Shown here piece after piece: positions 38,319 to 48,001 of a stretch of DNA of 64,000 bases. This DNA is from an uncultured Candidatus Saccharibacteria bacterium (GTDB lineage: Bacteria > Patescibacteriota > Minisyncoccia > Phycocordibacterales > JACOZG01): the NCBI GenBank assembly GCA_964651115.1, contig CAZYXJ010000001.1:42273-106272 (forward strand), given 5' to 3'. The notes under the pieces were generated by a model. The model was not told the origin of the DNA, did no database searches, and saw only the letters and a list, made by a program, of their open reading frames with translations. Numbering within the stretch: position 1 is the first letter of the stretch; each line of letters begins with the position of its first letter. Position numbers and translations under genes: made by a program.

Positions 38319-38366
38319 CCCCCCCCCCCTGATCAACACCGAGTGTTGATCAGGGGTTTTCTTTTG
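38319..38366 (+). terminator. terminator hairpin formed by dispersed palindromic element (copy 1) with C11 tract
   Basis: C11 (38319-38329), then TGATCAACAC-CGA-GTGTTGATCA, then GGGG and TTTTCTTTTG. Together these give a 14 bp stem ending in a T-run. An inverted copy occurs at about 59951-59995. Confidence 0.7.
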
Positions 38367-38405
38367 AACGTTTTTCTTTTGAGAAAATATGTTAAACTCA
38401 ACTTG

Positions 38406-39800
38406 ATGAAAAATAGAACTAATATTAAAGACCTTAGTCAAAAAGTGGGGGAGGAGGTGGTAATTGCCGGCTGGGTGGATGTCCGCCGCGACCAGGGCAA
38501 AATGATCTTCTTCGACTTCCGCGATAAAACCGGTAAGGTGCAAGGCGTGATTCTTCCGGGCGCCAAAGAGGCGCACGCCGTGGGCGAAAAGCTCCGCCCC
38601 GAGTGGGTGGTCGAAGTAACGGGTAAGGTCAACGCTCGACCCGAGAAAAACATCCAAGCCGACAAACTAAACGGCGGGATTGAACTAGAAATTTTGGGAC
38701 TTAAAATTTTGAACGAAGCTACCACGCCGCCCATCCCACTCGGCGATGACGGGTACGAAATTGGTGAGGAGAACCGACTCAAGTATCGCTACTTAGACTT
38801 ACGCCGCGAGCGACTGCAAAAAAATCTTCGCCTACGCCACGAAGTAATCCGCCTGATCCGCAATCATTTAAGTGACCAAGGATTTGCGGAGGTCGAAACA
38901 CCGATTTTAACCAAATCAACGCCCGAAGGTGCTCGGGACTATGTTGTCCCTTCGCGGGTTTATCCCGGCAAATTCTACGCCCTGCCCCAGTCGCCCCAGC
39001 AATACAAACAATTGCTCATGGCCGCCGGTCTAGAGAACTATTTCCAAATTGCTCGCTGTTTCCGCGACGAGGACACTCGCGGTGATCGTCAGCCAGAATT
39101 TACTCAGTTAGATATGGAGTTGTCTTTTGTGGATCGCGAAGAGGTGATGGAACTTAACGAAGAGCTTTTGATTAAGATTGTCCAGACCCTCACGCCCGAG
39201 AAAAAAATTCAAACCATTCCCTTCCCGCGTCTAACCTACGCCGAAGCGATGGAAAAGTATGGCACTGACCGACCTGACTTGCGCGAAAATAAGGATGATC
39301 CAAACCTACTCGCTTTTTGCTGGGTAATCGATTTCCCCTTCTTTGAAAAAACCGAGGAAGGTGGCTGGACTTTTACTCACAACCCCTTCTCTCGGGCCAC
39401 CGCCGAATGGGAGAGCGCCCTCATGGAGAAGCGCGACCTCGAAAAGATTTTAACGACTCAGTATGACGTCGCCCTCAATGGCTTCGAAATTGGCGGCGGC
39501 TCGATTCGTAATCATCGGCCCGAGGCGCTCAAAAAAGTTTTTGAAATAATGGGCTTTAGCGAAGACAGAATTGTTAAAAACTTCGGCCACATGCTAGAAG
39601 CCTTGGGATCGGGGGCGCCACCACATGGCGGCATTGCCTGGGGTCTCGACCGCTTTATCTCTCTCTTGGCTGGCGAACCAAATATTCGAGAAGTAATTGC
39701 GTTCCCCAAAACCGGCGAGGGTCAAGACTTGATGATGAACGCCCCTTCAGACATCGAAGCTAAACAATTAAATGAACTCCGAATCAAAGTTTCAAGTTAA
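38406..39800 (+). CDS. aspS: aspartyl-tRNA synthetase (short, no GAD insertion)
   Basis: OB-fold N-domain and class II motifs. TKSTPEGARDYVVPSRV...FYALPQSPQQYKQLLM and QIARCFRDEDTRGDRQPEFTQLD are diagnostic for AspRS. Start set at the internal ATG at 38406. Confidence 0.92.
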   Translation: MKNRTNIKDLSQKVGEEVVIAGWVDVRRDQGKMIFFDFRDKTGKVQGVILPGAKEAHAVGEKLRPEWVVEVTGKVNARPEKNIQADKLNGGIELEILGLKILNEATTPPIPLGDDGYEIGEENRLKYRYLDLRRERLQKNLRLRHEVIRLIRNHLSDQGFAEVETPILTKSTPEGARDYVVPSRVYPGKFYALPQSPQQYKQLLMAAGLENYFQIARCFRDEDTRGDRQPEFTQLDMELSFVDREEVMELNEELLIKIVQTLTPEKKIQTIPFPRLTYAEAMEKYGTDRPDLRENKDDPNLLAFCWVIDFPFFEKTEEGGWTFTHNPFSRATAEWESALMEKRDLEKILTTQYDVALNGFEIGGGSIRNHRPEALKKVFEIMGFSEDRIVKNFGHMLEALGSGAPPHGGIAWGLDRFISLLAGEPNIREVIAFPKTGEGQDLMMNAPSDIEAKQLNELRIKVSS

Positions 39801-40512
39801 AGTTGGTGAGTTCGAGGGACCGCTCGAAGTTTTGTTGGGCTTAATCGAAGAGCGCAAATTGCACATTTCTCAAGTCTCGCTAGCGGCGGTGGCGGATTCT
39901 TTTATTGAGCATATGCAAAAATTTGGTGAGCAGCTAGAGAAGGGGATGATGGCCAACTTTGTCTTGGTGGCCTCGACCCTAATGCTGATCAAATCCATCT
40001 CTCTTCTGCCGACCCTGCCCATCACGCCCGAAGAATCGAGTGATATGCAGGACCTCGAAAGACGCCTCCGCTTACTAGAAAAGGTGCGCGTTGTCAGTGG
40101 CTTTATTAAGGAGCGCTTTGGCCATCAGATCATTTTTACCCCGGCTGGTCAGAGAGCGCGTCTCGTGGTTTTTGCGCCCGCTCACGACCTCACTTTGACC
40201 ACCGTCGTCGAAGCGATCAAAGCGGTGATCAATAATTTACCAAAAACCGAAATAATCCCTCAAGTTGTCGTCAGAAAAGTTTTAAGTTTAGAAGAGGCAA
40301 TTACCGATCTGGCCAAACGAGTCCAGGGGGCTCTGCGGATGAGTTTTAAAGATTTTGTCCGAGATAAAGCAGAAAAAGTTAACGTCATTGTTAGCTTTTT
40401 GGGCATGCTCGAACTAGTCAAACGGGGCATTGTGACCGTCGAGCAGTCCGCTCAGTTTGACGACATCGCCATCGAAACAGCTGGCCCCAGCAGTGTGCCG
40501 CGTTACGAATAA
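39772..40512 (+). CDS. scpA: segregation and condensation protein A
   Basis: The N-terminal FEGPLEVLLGLIEERKLHISQVSLAAVADSF matches ScpA. Confidence 0.8.
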   Translation: MNSESKFQVKVGEFEGPLEVLLGLIEERKLHISQVSLAAVADSFIEHMQKFGEQLEKGMMANFVLVASTLMLIKSISLLPTLPITPEESSDMQDLERRLRLLEKVRVVSGFIKERFGHQIIFTPAGQRARLVVFAPAHDLTLTTVVEAIKAVINNLPKTEIIPQVVVRKVLSLEEAITDLAKRVQGALRMSFKDFVRDKAEKVNVIVSFLGMLELVKRGIVTVEQSAQFDDIAIETAGPSSVPRYE

Positions 40513-40574
40513 TTATCGACATTTCTGGTTTTGCGAAAAACCCCCAAACCAGCTATACTGCTCAACAATTAGTC

Positions 40575-41099
40575 ATGCCACGTCACGCCCAAATTGAGGC
40601 AATTTTATTTTGGAAAGCCGAGCCGGTCCCGCTGGCTGATCTGGCCGCTTGGCTAGATTGTTCTCCGGAAGAAATTTCCTCCGCCCTCGAAGAATTGAGC
40701 CAAAAGTTAGCTGACCGGGGACTGACCCTAATTCACGACGAACTTTCGGCGACCCTGGGAACCCAGCCCGCCGCCAGCGAATTAATCGCCAAACTAACCA
40801 AAGAGGAACTCTCTCGCGACCTGGGTAAGGCCGCGCTCGAAACGCTCTCCATCGTCGCCTACAAGGGACCAATCACTCGAGCCGAAATCGACTACATTCG
40901 CGGAGTTAATTCCAGTTTTATTCTCCGCGCGCTGCAAATTCGTGGCTTGGTGGAGCGGCTCACTAACCCAGCCGACGCTCGCACTTATCTCTACCAACCC
41001 ACTCTAGAATTGTGGCAATATCTCGGCCTAACTTCGCCTAACGACCTACCCGATCGCGAAGCCGTTCGAGCCGAGCTAACCATTAATTCTCAAAATTAA
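40575..41099 (+). CDS. scpB: segregation and condensation protein B
   Basis: Two winged-helix repeats. AILFWKAEPVPL and LETLSIVAYKGPITRAEIDYIRGV match ScpB. Confidence 0.82.
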   Translation: MPRHAQIEAILFWKAEPVPLADLAAWLDCSPEEISSALEELSQKLADRGLTLIHDELSATLGTQPAASELIAKLTKEELSRDLGKAALETLSIVAYKGPITRAEIDYIRGVNSSFILRALQIRGLVERLTNPADARTYLYQPTLELWQYLGLTSPNDLPDREAVRAELTINSQN

Positions 41100-41100
41100 T

Positions 41101-42156
41101 ATGTTGATTACTTTTTTCAAAGTTTTTGCACCTATCACCTTATCTTTCTTTGTGGGTATCGCCATCGCCCCAGTGCTGACTAACTATCTATATCGTCATA
41201 AGTTGTGGAAGCGTCGCGCCGGCAAGATTGATCCTAGCGGCAACGCTACCCCCATCTTTAACAAACTCCACGAACACAAAGAGACGGGCACGCCCAGAAT
41301 GGGCGGTGTGATCATTTGGGCTAGCACGTTGATCACCGTGGCGGCCCTGGTTTTGGCCTCAATCTTTTTGCCCGGTGATTTATGGGATCGACTTAATTTT
41401 TTGTCACGCGGACAAACCTGGATCCCATTCGTGACGCTTATCTTTGGCTCGCTGGTTGGATTAATCGATGACTGGCTTGAGGTCAGAGGCACGGGGCGTT
41501 ACGCCTCAGGCGGGTTACCATTTAAACAACGCTTAATTATTGTTTTAGGCATTGCGCTAGCGATCGGACTGTGGTTTTTTTGGAAGCTAGAAGTGCAAAC
41601 TTTATTCGTGCCGTTTGTGGGAGAAATTTTCGTTGGTTGGTGGTTGGTACCAATTTTTATGGCGGTGATCGCCGCCCTATTCTCTAGCGGCGTCATTGAT
41701 GGATTGGATGGTTTAGCCGGGGGAGTGATGGCCATTATTTTTGCCACCTACACGGCCTTAGCCTTCTTCGAAAACCAAATTGACTTGGCCGCCTTAACGG
41801 CTTCCATTACTGGCGCGACCTTAGCCTTTTTGTGGTTCAATATTCCGCCCGCACGCTTCTACATGTCCGAGACGGGGATTATGGGATTGACCCTCACCTT
41901 GGGCGTGGTGGCTTTCCTCACCAATTCCGTTCTGCTCTTGCCGCTCTTGGCCTTCCCTTTATTCGCCACCGTTTTGGGCAACGTCATTCAACTTGGCTCC
42001 AAAAAACTACGGGGCAGAAAGGTGTTTTTGGTTGCTCCCATCCACCACCACTTTGAAGCCATCGGTTGGCCCGCCTACAAAGTAGTGATGCGTTATTGGG
42101 TAATCGGTATCATTACCGCCATTCTCGGCTTAATCATCACTCTTATTGGCCGCTAA
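41101..42156 (+). CDS. mraY: phospho-N-acetylmuramoyl-pentapeptide transferase
   Basis: MraY motifs (PRMGGVIIW, DDWLEV, GLDGLAGG, VAPIHHHFE). Confidence 0.93.
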   Translation: MLITFFKVFAPITLSFFVGIAIAPVLTNYLYRHKLWKRRAGKIDPSGNATPIFNKLHEHKETGTPRMGGVIIWASTLITVAALVLASIFLPGDLWDRLNFLSRGQTWIPFVTLIFGSLVGLIDDWLEVRGTGRYASGGLPFKQRLIIVLGIALAIGLWFFWKLEVQTLFVPFVGEIFVGWWLVPIFMAVIAALFSSGVIDGLDGLAGGVMAIIFATYTALAFFENQIDLAALTASITGATLAFLWFNIPPARFYMSETGIMGLTLTLGVVAFLTNSVLLLPLLAFPLFATVLGNVIQLGSKKLRGRKVFLVAPIHHHFEAIGWPAYKVVMRYWVIGIITAILGLIITLIGR

Positions 42157-42158
42157 GC

Positions 42159-43256
42159 ATGAGTCGCACCAAACCAGATCGCTTATTTTTCTTTCTCGTC
42201 CTGGGCCTATCCTTGCTAGGATTTTTCGTCTTCTCCTCCGCTTCTTTAGGACTTCTCAGTCGAGAGGGCGCCACCGTCGGAACGGTGGCGCTAAAACAAT
42301 TCCTAATTTTACTGGTTAGTTGGTTAGTTTTTTTAATCGTCTCGGCGATTGATTACCGCTTGTGGCGAAAATACAGTCTGATTTTATTTGTGGCTTCGGT
42401 GGTAGCGACGCTCTTGGTCTTTGTGCCCGGACTCGGCTTTGCCTCAGGCGGAGCGAGGCGCTGGATTCTTTTGGGCTCACTCACCATCCAGCCCTCAGAA
42501 TTTTTGAAATTAGGTTACGTCTTATTTCTCGCTGCCTGGTTAGCCAAAAATAAAAACGACCTCAGCCGCCCGCGCCAAGGATTATTCCCATTCCTCATCC
42601 TGCTCGGGATCATTGGCGTCGTAATGGCTCTCCAGCCAGACATCGACACGCTGGTAATTATGTTCAGTGCCGGCTTAGCCATGTTTTTCGTCGCCGGCGC
42701 TCGATGGCGAGACTTATTTATTCTGTGCCTACTGGTCGTCGTTGGCATTGCTGGCGTGGCAACCTACAAACCCTATATCGTTGCCCGAGTTAAAACCTTT
42801 ATTAACCCCGACGCCAACATCTTGGGATCAAGTTATCAAATAAATCAATCACTGATTGCCATTGGCTCCGGGGGAATATTTGGCCGCGGCTTTGGCCAAA
42901 GCATTCAAAAGTTTAAATATCTACCAGAACCGATCGGCGACTCAATCTTTTCGGTCGCGAGCGAAGAGTTTGGCTTCGTCGGCGCAACCACGATCTTGGC
43001 TGTCTTCCTCCTCTTTGCTTTGGCGGGCTTCCGGATCGCCACCCGGGCCCCCAATCAGTTCGGTAGACTGGTCACCGTGGGGATTGTTATAATGATTATG
43101 ACCGGAACATTTATTAATATCGCCTCAATGCTCGGGGTGATTCCGCTCACAGGGACCCCCTTACTCTTTGTGAGTCACGGCGGAACGGCTCTCTTGTTTG
43201 CCTTATTAGAAGCCGGAATTATTGTAAGTATTTCAAGACACACCCGACAATCATGA
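42159..43256 (+). CDS. ftsW: SEDS family peptidoglycan glycosyltransferase FtsW/RodA
   Basis: Ten-TM SEDS topology with conserved PSEF (QPSEFLK) and the C-terminal loop. Internal ATG at 42159, right after the mraY stop. The ORF track frame opens at 42066 inside mraY. Confidence 0.82.
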   Translation: MSRTKPDRLFFFLVLGLSLLGFFVFSSASLGLLSREGATVGTVALKQFLILLVSWLVFLIVSAIDYRLWRKYSLILFVASVVATLLVFVPGLGFASGGARRWILLGSLTIQPSEFLKLGYVLFLAAWLAKNKNDLSRPRQGLFPFLILLGIIGVVMALQPDIDTLVIMFSAGLAMFFVAGARWRDLFILCLLVVVGIAGVATYKPYIVARVKTFINPDANILGSSYQINQSLIAIGSGGIFGRGFGQSIQKFKYLPEPIGDSIFSVASEEFGFVGATTILAVFLLFALAGFRIATRAPNQFGRLVTVGIVIMIMTGTFINIASMLGVIPLTGTPLLFVSHGGTALLFALLEAGIIVSISRHTRQS

Positions 43257-44380
43257 AAATAGTTTTTACTGGCGGCGGAACAGGCGGGCACTTTTACCCC
43301 TTAATTGCTGTCGCTCAAGAGCTTAATGAGCTAGTCAAAGAAAAGCGCCTCGTCGGCGTTAAGCTCTACTATTTTTCTGACACTCCCTACAACTCACAAT
43401 TATTGTACGAAAATAATATCGAATTTGTAGCGATCCCGGCCGGAAAATTGCGCCGCTATTTTTCGCTAAAAAACCTTACGTCCGCGGTGGTGACGGGGTG
43501 GGGGATTATCACTGCCCTCATTAAGCTCTATTTGATTTTCCCTGACGCCATTTTTAGCAAGGGAGCTTACGCCAGCTTCCCCAGCTTATGGGCGGCCCGA
43601 CTTCTGGGTATTCCCGTAATCATCCACGAATCGGATGCCCATCCAGGCAGAGTCAGTTTGTGGTCAGGGAAATTTGCTCGCCGAGTAGCCGTGTCTTACC
43701 CCGAAGCTGCCACTTATTTCCCGCCTGATCGAACAGCCGTAACTGGCAACCCAATTAGACGCGAACTACGTCAACCTATCACCCTCGGCGCACGAGAATT
43801 TCTTAAGCTAGAACCAAATCTGCCGACCATCTTTATCACCGGCGGCTCATTGGGCGCCCAAGCCATTAATGACGTCGTCCTCGATATTTTGCCGGAATTA
43901 GTTAAAAAGTTTCAAATCATCCATCAGGTGGGGGACCGGAACTTAGACGATGTTAAAAAAAGAGCAGCTCTCAAGCTTGAAGATTCTCCAGATAGGAATC
44001 GCTACCAAATCCACGGCACTCTCAATACCTCGGCCATGCAAATGGTCGCCGGAGTGGCCGATCTGGTGATTAGCCGAGCTGGTTCAATTATTTTCGAAAT
44101 CGCGATTTGGGGAACGCCGTCGATTATTATTCCGATCCCCGAAGAAATCAGCCACGACCAGCGTCACAACGCTTTTAACTACGCTCGCTCGGGCGGCGCG
44201 ATCGTCATCGAACAAAGCAATTTAACTCCCTCCGTCCTCTTGGGCGAAATCAACCGCCTCTTAAGCAATCCCCAAACCCTAGCCACGATGAAGGCCGGAG
44301 CCAAAAATTTTTCTCGGCCCGAGGCCGCTCACTTAATTGCTTACGAACTCTTAAATCTAGCTCTGGAACATGAACAATAA
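43253..44380 (+). CDS. murG: undecaprenyldiphospho-muramoylpentapeptide beta-N-acetylglucosaminyltransferase
   Basis: N-terminal GGGTGGHFYP and a GT-B C-terminal domain. Confidence 0.9.
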   Translation: MKIVFTGGGTGGHFYPLIAVAQELNELVKEKRLVGVKLYYFSDTPYNSQLLYENNIEFVAIPAGKLRRYFSLKNLTSAVVTGWGIITALIKLYLIFPDAIFSKGAYASFPSLWAARLLGIPVIIHESDAHPGRVSLWSGKFARRVAVSYPEAATYFPPDRTAVTGNPIRRELRQPITLGAREFLKLEPNLPTIFITGGSLGAQAINDVVLDILPELVKKFQIIHQVGDRNLDDVKKRAALKLEDSPDRNRYQIHGTLNTSAMQMVAGVADLVISRAGSIIFEIAIWGTPSIIIPIPEEISHDQRHNAFNYARSGGAIVIEQSNLTPSVLLGEINRLLSNPQTLATMKAGAKNFSRPEAAHLIAYELLNLALEHEQ

Positions 44381-45665
44381 AGTTATCACTCGCTTCCCAC
44401 CTTCGCCGACGGGCTATTTCCATATCGGTCGCGCCCGGACCGCTTTGTTTAATTATCTTTTTGCGCGTCAACATGGCGGCCAAATGATTTTTCGGATCGA
44501 AGATACTGATCAGCAACGTTCCAAAAAAGAATTTGAAATCGACTTAATCGAGGGGCTAAAGTGGCTAGGTCTGAGCTGGGACAATCCCGAGATCCCACGT
44601 CAATCCGATCGCACCGATCGCTACCGAGACGAATTAGCAAAACTTTTAGCGGCCGGGCAGGCCTACGTTTCGCGCGAAAAGCACGAAGAAACCGGCCTCG
44701 AATCCGAGGTGGTGCGACTCAAAAATCCAAATCGACAACTAACTTTTACTGACTTAATTCGTGGCGAAATAACCTTCGACACCACCGAACTGGGCGACTT
44801 CATTATTGCTCGCAGTATTACCGATCCACTCTACCATCTAACCGTCGTGGTTGATGATTTCGATATGGGGATTACGCACGTCATTCGGGGCGAAGACGGC
44901 ATCTCCAACACGCCGCGGCAGATTTTGATTCAAGAAGCCATTGGCGCCCCACGGCCAATTTATGCCCACCTACCATTCATTTTAGAGCGAGATCGTTCTA
45001 AGATGTCGGGCCGCCACGGCGCCGTGAGCGTTAGGGACTACCGTGAAAAAGGTTACTTGCCAGAAGCGCTAATTAACTACCTCGCGCTACTAGGCTGGCA
45101 TCCTGAGGATGATCAAGAAATCTTTACTCTGGAAGATTTGGTCACCGCCTTCCAATTAACTCGCGTCCAAAAAGGGGGGGCCATCTTCGACTTAGAAAAA
45201 TTAAACTGGTTAAACCGAGAACATCTTAAGCGCAAAACTGACGTCGAACTAATCGCTTTAATTGCCCCCCGCTGGCCAGAGGCCTCGACCGAATTAATCA
45301 GACGTGCCCTACCAGAACTCCGCTCACGCCTCACAACCCTAGCTGACGTTGATCAGATGGTGGCCAGTGGCGAACTAGATTTTTACGTTCATCCGCCAGC
45401 TCCCAGTCGCGAACTCCTGCGTTCAACTGCTCACTTAGGACAATTAATCTTGTTGTTAAACGCAGTGCCAGATAATGAATTTACCGCCGACAAAGTTAAG
45501 GCCGCGGTCTGGGACTTCGCCACCGCCGAAGGGCGGGGGATTGTCTTGTGGCCCTTTCGCGTCGCGCTCTCGGGTCGAGAGAAATCTCCCGATCCGTTTG
45601 CTATCGCCGCGGTTTTGGGTAAAAATGAGACGATCAAACGTCTCACCCATGCCGCCACTCTTTAA
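44370..45665 (+). CDS. gltX: glutamyl-tRNA synthetase (short form)
   Basis: HIGH-region FPPSPTGYFHIGRARTALFNYLFAR, KMSGRHG (KMSKS-like). 431 aa. Confidence 0.88.
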   Translation: MNNKVITRFPPSPTGYFHIGRARTALFNYLFARQHGGQMIFRIEDTDQQRSKKEFEIDLIEGLKWLGLSWDNPEIPRQSDRTDRYRDELAKLLAAGQAYVSREKHEETGLESEVVRLKNPNRQLTFTDLIRGEITFDTTELGDFIIARSITDPLYHLTVVVDDFDMGITHVIRGEDGISNTPRQILIQEAIGAPRPIYAHLPFILERDRSKMSGRHGAVSVRDYREKGYLPEALINYLALLGWHPEDDQEIFTLEDLVTAFQLTRVQKGGAIFDLEKLNWLNREHLKRKTDVELIALIAPRWPEASTELIRRALPELRSRLTTLADVDQMVASGELDFYVHPPAPSRELLRSTAHLGQLILLLNAVPDNEFTADKVKAAVWDFATAEGRGIVLWPFRVALSGREKSPDPFAIAAVLGKNETIKRLTHAATL

Positions 45666-46917
45666 AACAATTTTGTTTTCACTCATCTTTATCCTCGGCT
45701 TAACGCCAGGGTCAACCGCTTTAGCTCAAGCTTCGCTCTCAGATCTCCAAAGTCAAATTCGCGACCGTAATTCCAAAATCGAAGCTCTGGAAAAAGAGAT
45801 CGCCGCCTACCAAAAAAACATTTCTACCACCCAAGCTCAAGCCAGCACATTGAAGGGGGAAATGGCTCGACTGGACGCCGCGCTTAAAAAACTTAATGCT
45901 GACGTTAGATTAACCCAAGCAGAAATCGAGCGAGCGGAATTAACTCTCAAAAAACTTGGTCTCGAGATTGGCCGCAAAAGTCAGGGGATTGAGGCGCAGG
46001 TTGCCGCCCTGGCTTTTTCTCTCCGTCGTCACCGGGAATTAACTCAAGCTAGTTTTTTAGAATTGGCCTTAGCTGATGAAAGTCTCAACGCGCTCTGGAG
46101 CGAAGAGGGTAAATTAGAAAAACTCCAAGGGGGGATTGTAACTACGATGGACGAGCTCCGCACCGCCAAAGCCGACCTCGAGGATCAGCACCAAGCCACG
46201 GAAAAGGAACAAAAGAAACTGCTCGCCCTAAAAGCCCAATTAGCTGATCAACAAAAAATCGAGAACAATAATAAAAAAGAAAAAAGCGCTCTCCTAGCCG
46301 CCACCCAAAACCAAGAAGCCAACTACAAAAAGCTTTTAGCGGACCGCCAAGCCCAGAAGGCGGCCTTCGAGCGGGAACTTTTTGCCTTCGAATCACAGCT
46401 TAAGCTAGCCGTTGACCCAGCCAAAATTCCTAATCGTGGCAAAATCTTTTCCTGGCCCTTAGATAACGTTTTTATCACTCAATACTTCGGCCGAACAGTC
46501 GACGCCGCTCGGCTATACGTCTCCGGCACTCATAATGGCATCGACTTACGAGCGGCTGACGGTACCCCCGTCAAAGCGGCGGGCTCCGGCATCGTCACCG
46601 CCACCGGCAATACCGACGAACAGGTGGGTTGCTACTCCTACGGTCGCTGGGTTCTCCTGCGCCATCCCAATGGCCTCTCCACGCTCTACGCTCATCTCAG
46701 TCTCACCAAGGTAGCCACTGGCCAAGCGATCACCGCTGGTCAATTAATCGGCTATTCCGGCCGTACGGGCTACGCTACCGGCCCTCACTTACACTTCTCC
46801 GTCTACGCCTCGGAAGGCGTCCGTGTTCAACGCTACGTGACCAGCATAAACTGTCAGAACGTCACCATCCCCATGGCTGACCCCAAAGCTTATCTTGATC
46901 CACTGCTATACCTCTAA
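45625..46917 (+). CDS. secreted coiled-coil M23 peptidase (EnvC-like architecture)
   Basis: Signal peptide, a long heptad-rich coiled coil, and a C-terminal M23 domain (HNGIDLRAADGTPV, GPHLHFSVY). The start is ambiguous between the ATG at 45625 and the one at 45649, and it overlaps the 3' end of gltX. Confidence 0.72.
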   Translation: MRRSNVSPMPPLFKTILFSLIFILGLTPGSTALAQASLSDLQSQIRDRNSKIEALEKEIAAYQKNISTTQAQASTLKGEMARLDAALKKLNADVRLTQAEIERAELTLKKLGLEIGRKSQGIEAQVAALAFSLRRHRELTQASFLELALADESLNALWSEEGKLEKLQGGIVTTMDELRTAKADLEDQHQATEKEQKKLLALKAQLADQQKIENNNKKEKSALLAATQNQEANYKKLLADRQAQKAAFERELFAFESQLKLAVDPAKIPNRGKIFSWPLDNVFITQYFGRTVDAARLYVSGTHNGIDLRAADGTPVKAAGSGIVTATGNTDEQVGCYSYGRWVLLRHPNGLSTLYAHLSLTKVATGQAITAGQLIGYSGRTGYATGPHLHFSVYASEGVRVQRYVTSINCQNVTIPMADPKAYLDPLLYL

Positions 46918-46937
46918 TCCTTTGTTATAATAAATTC

Positions 46938-47159
46938 ATGATTCAACAAAAGAACAGGGGACTAATCAAACTGCTGCTCCTAATTATTGTGGCGATTATT
47001 GTGTTGGGTTATTTTCGCATTGACCTCCGATCAATTATTGAGTCCGAAGCCGTCCAGACTAATCTGGATTATGCCTGGGCCTTGGTCGTCAAATTCTGGG
47101 ATCAAATCGTTATTGACCTGATTTGGGAGAATTTTAAGGGCCTCAAAAACCGAATTTAG
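46938..47159 (+). CDS. small membrane protein
   Basis: 73 aa with one TM segment (LLLLIIVAIIVLGYF). No family recognised. Confidence 0.35.
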   Translation: MIQQKNRGLIKLLLLIIVAIIVLGYFRIDLRSIIESEAVQTNLDYAWALVVKFWDQIVIDLIWENFKGLKNRI

Positions 47160-47195
47160 CCAAATTTGACAGATTTCATCTAATATTGTGGGGTA

Positions 47196-47224
47196 TTGAC
47201 AGCCACCCATGGCTGTGCTATGAT
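47196..47224 (+). promoter_or_regulatory. consensus sigma70 promoter TTGACA-N17-TATGAT
   Basis: TTGACA, an exact 17 nt spacer, then TATGAT. Two short inverted repeats lie in the following leader (CAGCCAC/ATGGCTG and AATGGCT/AGCCATT), about 85 nt before the transglycosylase-like ORF. Confidence 0.5.
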
Positions 47225-47308
47225 GGTCTTGTAGGGATTGACGAAATGGCTTATTAGAGCCATTTTTCATTTCTACATCCTATTTATACCTCAATCTTAC
47301 AAATAAGC

Positions 47309-47713
47309 TTGGCAAGCTTAATAGCGTTAAACAGTCAGTTGACCACGAATGATAGCCTTACTGCAAGTGTGACGCTCGCTAACCCAGTTTCCGCCCAAGT
47401 CCAGAGTCTGCACGACATTATTACGAGCAAAGCCGAGGACGCGGGAGTTGGTAGTAAACTCGCTCTGAAAGTAGCTTTCTGCGAAAGTACCCTGCGCCAG
47501 TTCGACAAGGACGGAAAGGTACTCCGCGGATTGCACAATCCTGATGACGTCGGTTTGTTCCAGATCAATGAGCACTTCCACTTAGCGAAGAGCCAGGAGC
47601 TGGGCTACGACATCTACACCACTGAGGGTAATATCGATTACGCGATGTGGTTGATTAAGAACGAGGGGATCTATCACTGGAAGTGGAGCCAACCTTGTTG
47701 GGGTAAGGCCTAA
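47309..47713 (+). CDS. small lytic transglycosylase (SLT/GEWL-like) domain protein
   Basis: E-S...GLFQIN...Y pattern (FCESTLRQFD...VGLFQINEHFH...YDIYTTEGNIDYAMWL) resembles the SLT catalytic core. 134 aa. Confidence 0.45.
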   Translation: MASLIALNSQLTTNDSLTASVTLANPVSAQVQSLHDIITSKAEDAGVGSKLALKVAFCESTLRQFDKDGKVLRGLHNPDDVGLFQINEHFHLAKSQELGYDIYTTEGNIDYAMWLIKNEGIYHWKWSQPCWGKA

Positions 47714-47729
47714 GCAAACTAACTGTCAA

Positions 47730-47768
47730 AAATCACCAGTCCGAATTAACGGAGCTGGTGATTTTTGT
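47730..47768 (+). terminator. rho-independent terminator
   Basis: Stem AATCACCAG/CTGGTGATT (9 bp) with a 15 nt loop, followed by TTTTGT. Confidence 0.55.
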
Positions 47769-48001
47769 AGTTTGAATCAAAAACTTAAATTTGCTTGAAT
47801 AAGCATTCATGGGAGAAAAGATCCTAATGTACGGCAAAGCTTTATTGATCCTGGTGGCATGGCTCCTATTCCTCGGGGGGATTAAGTTTTTGGAATGGTT
47901 AGAGTTGAAGGAATAAACTAATTTTTTAAAATACAATGTCGCAAAATATATGTTGTGCGACGTTATGTTTGTTTTAATCCCCAGCGCCGACCCTCCCTTC
48001 C

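Noticed and set aside
42066-42158. 5' extension of ftsW ORF overlapping the last 90 nt of mraY
   Set aside because: The extension (MARLQSSDALLGNRYHYRHSRLNHHSYWPLS) is unconserved-looking and lies inside mraY. The internal ATG at 42159 directly follows the mraY stop and begins the hydrophobic SEDS N-terminus.
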